From Crocinitomicaceae bacterium (lineage in GTDB: Bacteria > Bacteroidota > Bacteroidia > Flavobacteriales_D > Crocinitomicaceae), in NCBI GenBank assembly GCA_041303135.1, contig JBFYPS010000359.1, forward strand, positions 1 to 28,295: a DNA stretch of 28,295 nt. The letters are read 5' to 3'. Below the pieces are notes generated by a model that was given only the letters and a program-made list of their open reading frames with translations, did no database searches and had not been told where the DNA came from. The first letter of the stretch is position 1. Every line of letters starts with the position of its first letter. The translations under genes were made by a program, and so were the position numbers. This document shows, piece by piece, positions 24,865 to 28,295 of the stretch.

Positions 24865-26292
24865 ATGGAAAAACAGCGAATTAACATAGTTTGGTTTAAG
24901 CGAGATTTGCGGTTCACAGATCACGCGCCGCTTTGTGCTGCTTGGGAAGCCAATTTGCCGAATTTGCTTCTGTATTGTTTCGAACCTTCTGTGATGGCTT
25001 GCGAAGACAGCGATGTGCGTCATTGGCGATTTGTGTATGAATCTTTGCAAGACATGCAATCTAAATTGGATGAAAGGAATGCGAAAATCTACATTTTCCA
25101 CCAGGAAATTTTGCCAGTTTTGAATGCGATTTCGACGCAATTCGAAGTTGTAAACATCTTTTCTCACGAAGAAACTGGAACCAATTTCACTTTCGACAGA
25201 GACAAAAGCGTAGGTCGATTTTGCAGAGAAAACGCCATAAATTGGCAAGAATTTCCGACCAATGCCGTGGTGCGAAGACTCAAATATTTGCGCGATTGGG
25301 GAAAAATTTGGGAAGAAAGAATGACCGCACCGCCACAAATGATTACTGAATCAGGCGGCAATATTTTGTCTTTGGATGAAACATTTTACCAAACCAATTG
25401 CGGTGAAAAATTGCCAGAAAATATCACGCAACACGACCCTCATTTTCAGCAAGGTGGCGAAACTTGGGCTTGGAAATATTTGAATAGTTTTCTGAAATCT
25501 CGGGTGCAGAATTACAGCCAACACATTTCAAAACCAGAATTGAGTCGCATAGGTTGCAGTCGATTGTCGCCTTACTTGACTTACGGAAATATCAGCATGC
25601 GCATGGTTTATCAGTACACGCAGCAACACTACAAATCGTCCAAAAACAAGCGTGACATTGACAATTTTGTTTCCAGATTGCATTGGCATTGCCATTTTAT
25701 TCAAAAGTTAGAATTGAACGTGAATATCGAATTTCACTCTATTTTGAAAAAATACGACGCGGTGGAAAGACCAAAAAATGAAGCTTTTATTTTGGCTTGG
25801 CAGTCGGGAAAAACGGGCGTTCCCATTGTGGATGCTTCGATTCGCAGTTTGGTAGCAACGGGTTTTTTGAATTTCAGAATGCGCGCCATGGTCGTTTCGT
25901 TTTTCGTTTTCAACTTGTGGCAAGATTGGCGCGATTTGCATTTTTTAGCGCGACAATTTTTGGATTACGAGCCGGGCATTCATTATCCGCAATTGCAAAT
26001 GCAAGCTGGCGCAACGGGAACCAACATCATCCGCATTTACAATCCGATTCGAAATTCTGAAAAGCACGATGCAGAAGGCGTTTTCATCAAAAAATGGATT
26101 CCAGAATTGGCAGATATTCCCGCGAATTTGATTCATGAACCGTGGAAATTGAGCGCAATGGAACAAGAATTATTCAACTGTGAAATTGGCAAAGATTATC
26201 CTGCGCCGATTGTTGATCTTGAAAAAACGAGAAAATACGCTGGCGAAGTGGTTTGGGGTTTGCGTACAAAGACGAAAGTGAAAGAAGGATAA
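24865..26292 (+). CDS. Photolyase/cryptochrome family flavoprotein (atypical clade)
   Basis: Motifs VWFKRDLR..DH, GGE, SRLSPYLTYG.IS, AW..GKTG.PIVDA, R.YNP and FIKKWIPEL. Confidence 0.9.
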   Translation: MEKQRINIVWFKRDLRFTDHAPLCAAWEANLPNLLLYCFEPSVMACEDSDVRHWRFVYESLQDMQSKLDERNAKIYIFHQEILPVLNAISTQFEVVNIFSHEETGTNFTFDRDKSVGRFCRENAINWQEFPTNAVVRRLKYLRDWGKIWEERMTAPPQMITESGGNILSLDETFYQTNCGEKLPENITQHDPHFQQGGETWAWKYLNSFLKSRVQNYSQHISKPELSRIGCSRLSPYLTYGNISMRMVYQYTQQHYKSSKNKRDIDNFVSRLHWHCHFIQKLELNVNIEFHSILKKYDAVERPKNEAFILAWQSGKTGVPIVDASIRSLVATGFLNFRMRAMVVSFFVFNLWQDWRDLHFLARQFLDYEPGIHYPQLQMQAGATGTNIIRIYNPIRNSEKHDAEGVFIKKWIPELADIPANLIHEPWKLSAMEQELFNCEIGKDYPAPIVDLEKTRKYAGEVVWGLRTKTKVKEG

Positions 26293-26302
26293 AATCGCAC
26301 AT

Positions 26303-26329
26303 AAAAAAAGCGAGAGTTTCCCCTCGCTT
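26303..26329 (-). terminator. Intrinsic terminator after the NIDO/T9SS gene
   Basis: Minus strand AAGCGAGGG-GAAA-CUCUCGCUU followed by a U-run. Confidence 0.85.
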
Positions 26330-26352
26330 CCTGAATATACATTTTTGATTTA

Positions 26353-27822
26353 CTATTTCTTAACTACTCTTTGAACACCAATTACAGTGTTGTTAGATTG
26401 AATAGTCGCAAAATAAATTCCGTTAGTATAATTTGATAAATCAATTTGTTGGTTGTTTTGAATCGCTTGATCTAGCATGATTTTACCAGTTACGTCTTGC
26501 AAAATCAATCTCGCGTTGCTGTTTCCTGCTTTCAAACTGATGTTGAATTTATCATTCGTTGGATTTGGGTAAATTGAAAATTCATTCATGCTATTTTCAT
26601 CCAAACCAGCTGTTGATTCATAAATTACATTGAAAGTAAATCTTTGGTTTGTTACTCCAACTGGGAAACCATCGTCAGTTGCTGTAAAATCAACTGTGTA
26701 AATTCCTGGAGAAACACCTGCTGCATTGAAAGTCGCATTCACGTTGTAGAACTGATTTCCAATGTTGTTTGATGTATAAGAAAACACACCAATTGGAGCG
26801 TTTGTATTGTGTGAAGTTACGATTGTTTGATTCGTTTCTGGTGTCATAATTCCAAAAGAGAAATCGATTGAATTTCCACTTTTTCCTAAAGTATCGCCTG
26901 TGTAAACATCGATTGTATCGCAAATTGTGCTGCTAATCAAAAGCGGTGGAGTGTTGGTTGTTGACATTCCAGCCACGTTGAAATAAATTTCTTGACCGTC
27001 TAAGAAATCAACGCCATCATTTAGGTTGATTGGACCATCGAAAGCAGTTCCACTTTGATCAAATTGACCCACTTGGAAGAAATCTGTTCCGTTTCCAACG
27101 TTTACGCCCACAGTTGCAGGAACGCCGCCAAAACCACCAACTCCTTGAGATACATCTCCCGTTGTCCATTGCATGTCTTGGTAACAGAAAGAAACGTTTC
27201 CACCTGCTGAAACCAAAGAATCAGAGCCATTTGAAATGATTAATTGAAAAGTGGAAACCAAATCAGTGTGATTACTAAAATAACCAACTTGATTCCAGTT
27301 GACAATCAGTGAAGTTGGCGTGATTTTATACCAAACACTTCCGCCATCGCCCGTAGAAACACCTAAACTGTCATAAGTTCCCCGTGTATCAACATCTGCC
27401 CAAAAAGGTGCGATCATGTTGTAAGATGAATCTGGAAACGGATTTGGGGTGAAAGTAATGTATGGAGAAACGAAAGAAATATTTCCGTTGTTGTTGATAT
27501 ACAATGAATTGTATTGATTTCCGTAAAAATCAAAAGTAAATGGCAAATTGATTAAATCAGACGAACCATCGTCATTTGGTTGCATCGCCAATAAAAAAGT
27601 GGAATCCAAAGGAACCATGCAATCGCAAACCCCATTTTTCTCCATTGTTCCAGCGTATTTGATGTTGCTAGGAAACGCAAGGTCTGAAAAATTATAGCTT
27701 GCATTTTGATCTATCAAACCCGAAGCTTTCAACTGTTGGTATTCTGCTTTGGTAACAGTAATTGTATTTTGACCAAAAGCAACACTGCTTGAAAGTCCGA
27801 TGAGTAATAATAATCTTTTCAT
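26353..27822 (-). CDS. Secreted nidogen-like (NIDO) domain protein with a T9SS type-A sorting domain
   Basis: Signal peptide, LPFTFDFYG..Y..LYINNNG.ISF, IAPFWADVDTR, NTFQ-like STFQLI, F.Y.DMQWTTG, and C-terminal IYPNPT...GIYF. Confidence 0.85.
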   Translation of the reverse strand: MKRLLLLIGLSSSVAFGQNTITVTKAEYQQLKASGLIDQNASYNFSDLAFPSNIKYAGTMEKNGVCDCMVPLDSTFLLAMQPNDDGSSDLINLPFTFDFYGNQYNSLYINNNGNISFVSPYITFTPNPFPDSSYNMIAPFWADVDTRGTYDSLGVSTGDGGSVWYKITPTSLIVNWNQVGYFSNHTDLVSTFQLIISNGSDSLVSAGGNVSFCYQDMQWTTGDVSQGVGGFGGVPATVGVNVGNGTDFFQVGQFDQSGTAFDGPINLNDGVDFLDGQEIYFNVAGMSTTNTPPLLISSTICDTIDVYTGDTLGKSGNSIDFSFGIMTPETNQTIVTSHNTNAPIGVFSYTSNNIGNQFYNVNATFNAAGVSPGIYTVDFTATDDGFPVGVTNQRFTFNVIYESTAGLDENSMNEFSIYPNPTNDKFNISLKAGNSNARLILQDVTGKIMLDQAIQNNQQIDLSNYTNGIYFATIQSNNTVIGVQRVVKK

Positions 27823-27915
27823 AAGTATTGCTTTATGTTGATTTATAGTCTAAAGACGTTGGTTGAATTGAAAAGTTGTTTGGGATTGGAAAATAGGTTG
27901 GAAAGTTGGATTTTA

Positions 27916-28295
27916 TTAATTTGGTGGTGACGTTTTTTCTTTCTTTTTGAAATTTAAAGGGTAATTTATGCCAATGCCAATGTTGTTATAAAAGAAAAAA
28001 ACAGAACCTTTGTCATAGCTATTTGCTGCATTCCTAGTTTTTACCCTTATCAAAGTCGGTTCGTATTGTAATTTGATTGCCCATTTTTTAAAGGAATATT
28101 GAATTGCAAAATTTGCTGTAAGCGCATAGGGCACATTTGTGATGTAGTAATATTCATCCTTACTACTAAAGGTTATTCCATCAACTTTATTGTTGAAGGC
28201 ATAAGGATTAAATTTTGAAACAACACTTGGTTTGGTTAGTTTGAAGAAATTATGGTCCTTGGAATATGATAAAGAATCTTTCATTTGATTCAGAA
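27916..28295 (-). CDS. C-terminal part of a probable outer-membrane beta-barrel protein (5' end outside the window)
   Basis: The frame stays open to the window edge (..LNQ before the ATG at 28284). Alternating beta-strand pattern FAIQYSF, IKLQYEP and NNIGIGINY. Confidence 0.55.
   Translation of the reverse strand, partial: LNQMKDSLSYSKDHNFFKLTKPSVVSKFNPYAFNNKVDGITFSSKDEYYYITNVPYALTANFAIQYSFKKWAIKLQYEPTLIRVKTRNAANSYDKGSVFFFYNNIGIGINYPLNFKKKEKTSPPN

Noticed and set aside
24865-26292. Horizontal acquisition of the photolyase gene based on higher GC
   Set aside because: Spot counts show only a modest shift, there are no flanking mobility signals, and it cannot be quantified without computation.

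Overview
A Bacteroidota chromosomal window, probably Flavobacteriales and possibly Crocinitomicaceae/Fluviicola-like. The taxonomy is an inference from T9SS cargo domains, TAnnTTTG promoters, DUF6427/DUF6341/DUF2911-type genes and the absence of SD-type leaders. It holds about 28 genes, mostly on the minus strand. Housekeeping genes are purF, lspA, dksA/traR, enoyl-CoA hydratase, hemJ, purD, purQ, ispD and an SDR-type threonine dehydrogenase. Envelope and secreted genes are two TonB-C proteins, a T9SS carboxylesterase, a T9SS NIDO protein, a stand-alone type-B CTD protein, a flippase, a GT39/ArnT-like transferase and a CNNM/CBS protein. There is also a bacilliredoxin, an Fe-ADH and an atypical photolyase/cryptochrome. 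I saw no rRNA, tRNA, CRISPR array, transposase or integrase. The most unusual sequence is non-coding. (1) Two copies of a ~155-bp element built from 8-bp tandem units arranged as an inverted repeat, with small 3-nt-loop hairpins inserted in register (8-162 and 13145-13308; 66/72 identical over one arm). (2) A separate four-hairpin REP/BIME-like cassette with mirror symmetry (15220-15495). All protein assignments come from motif recognition by eye; no database searches were run.
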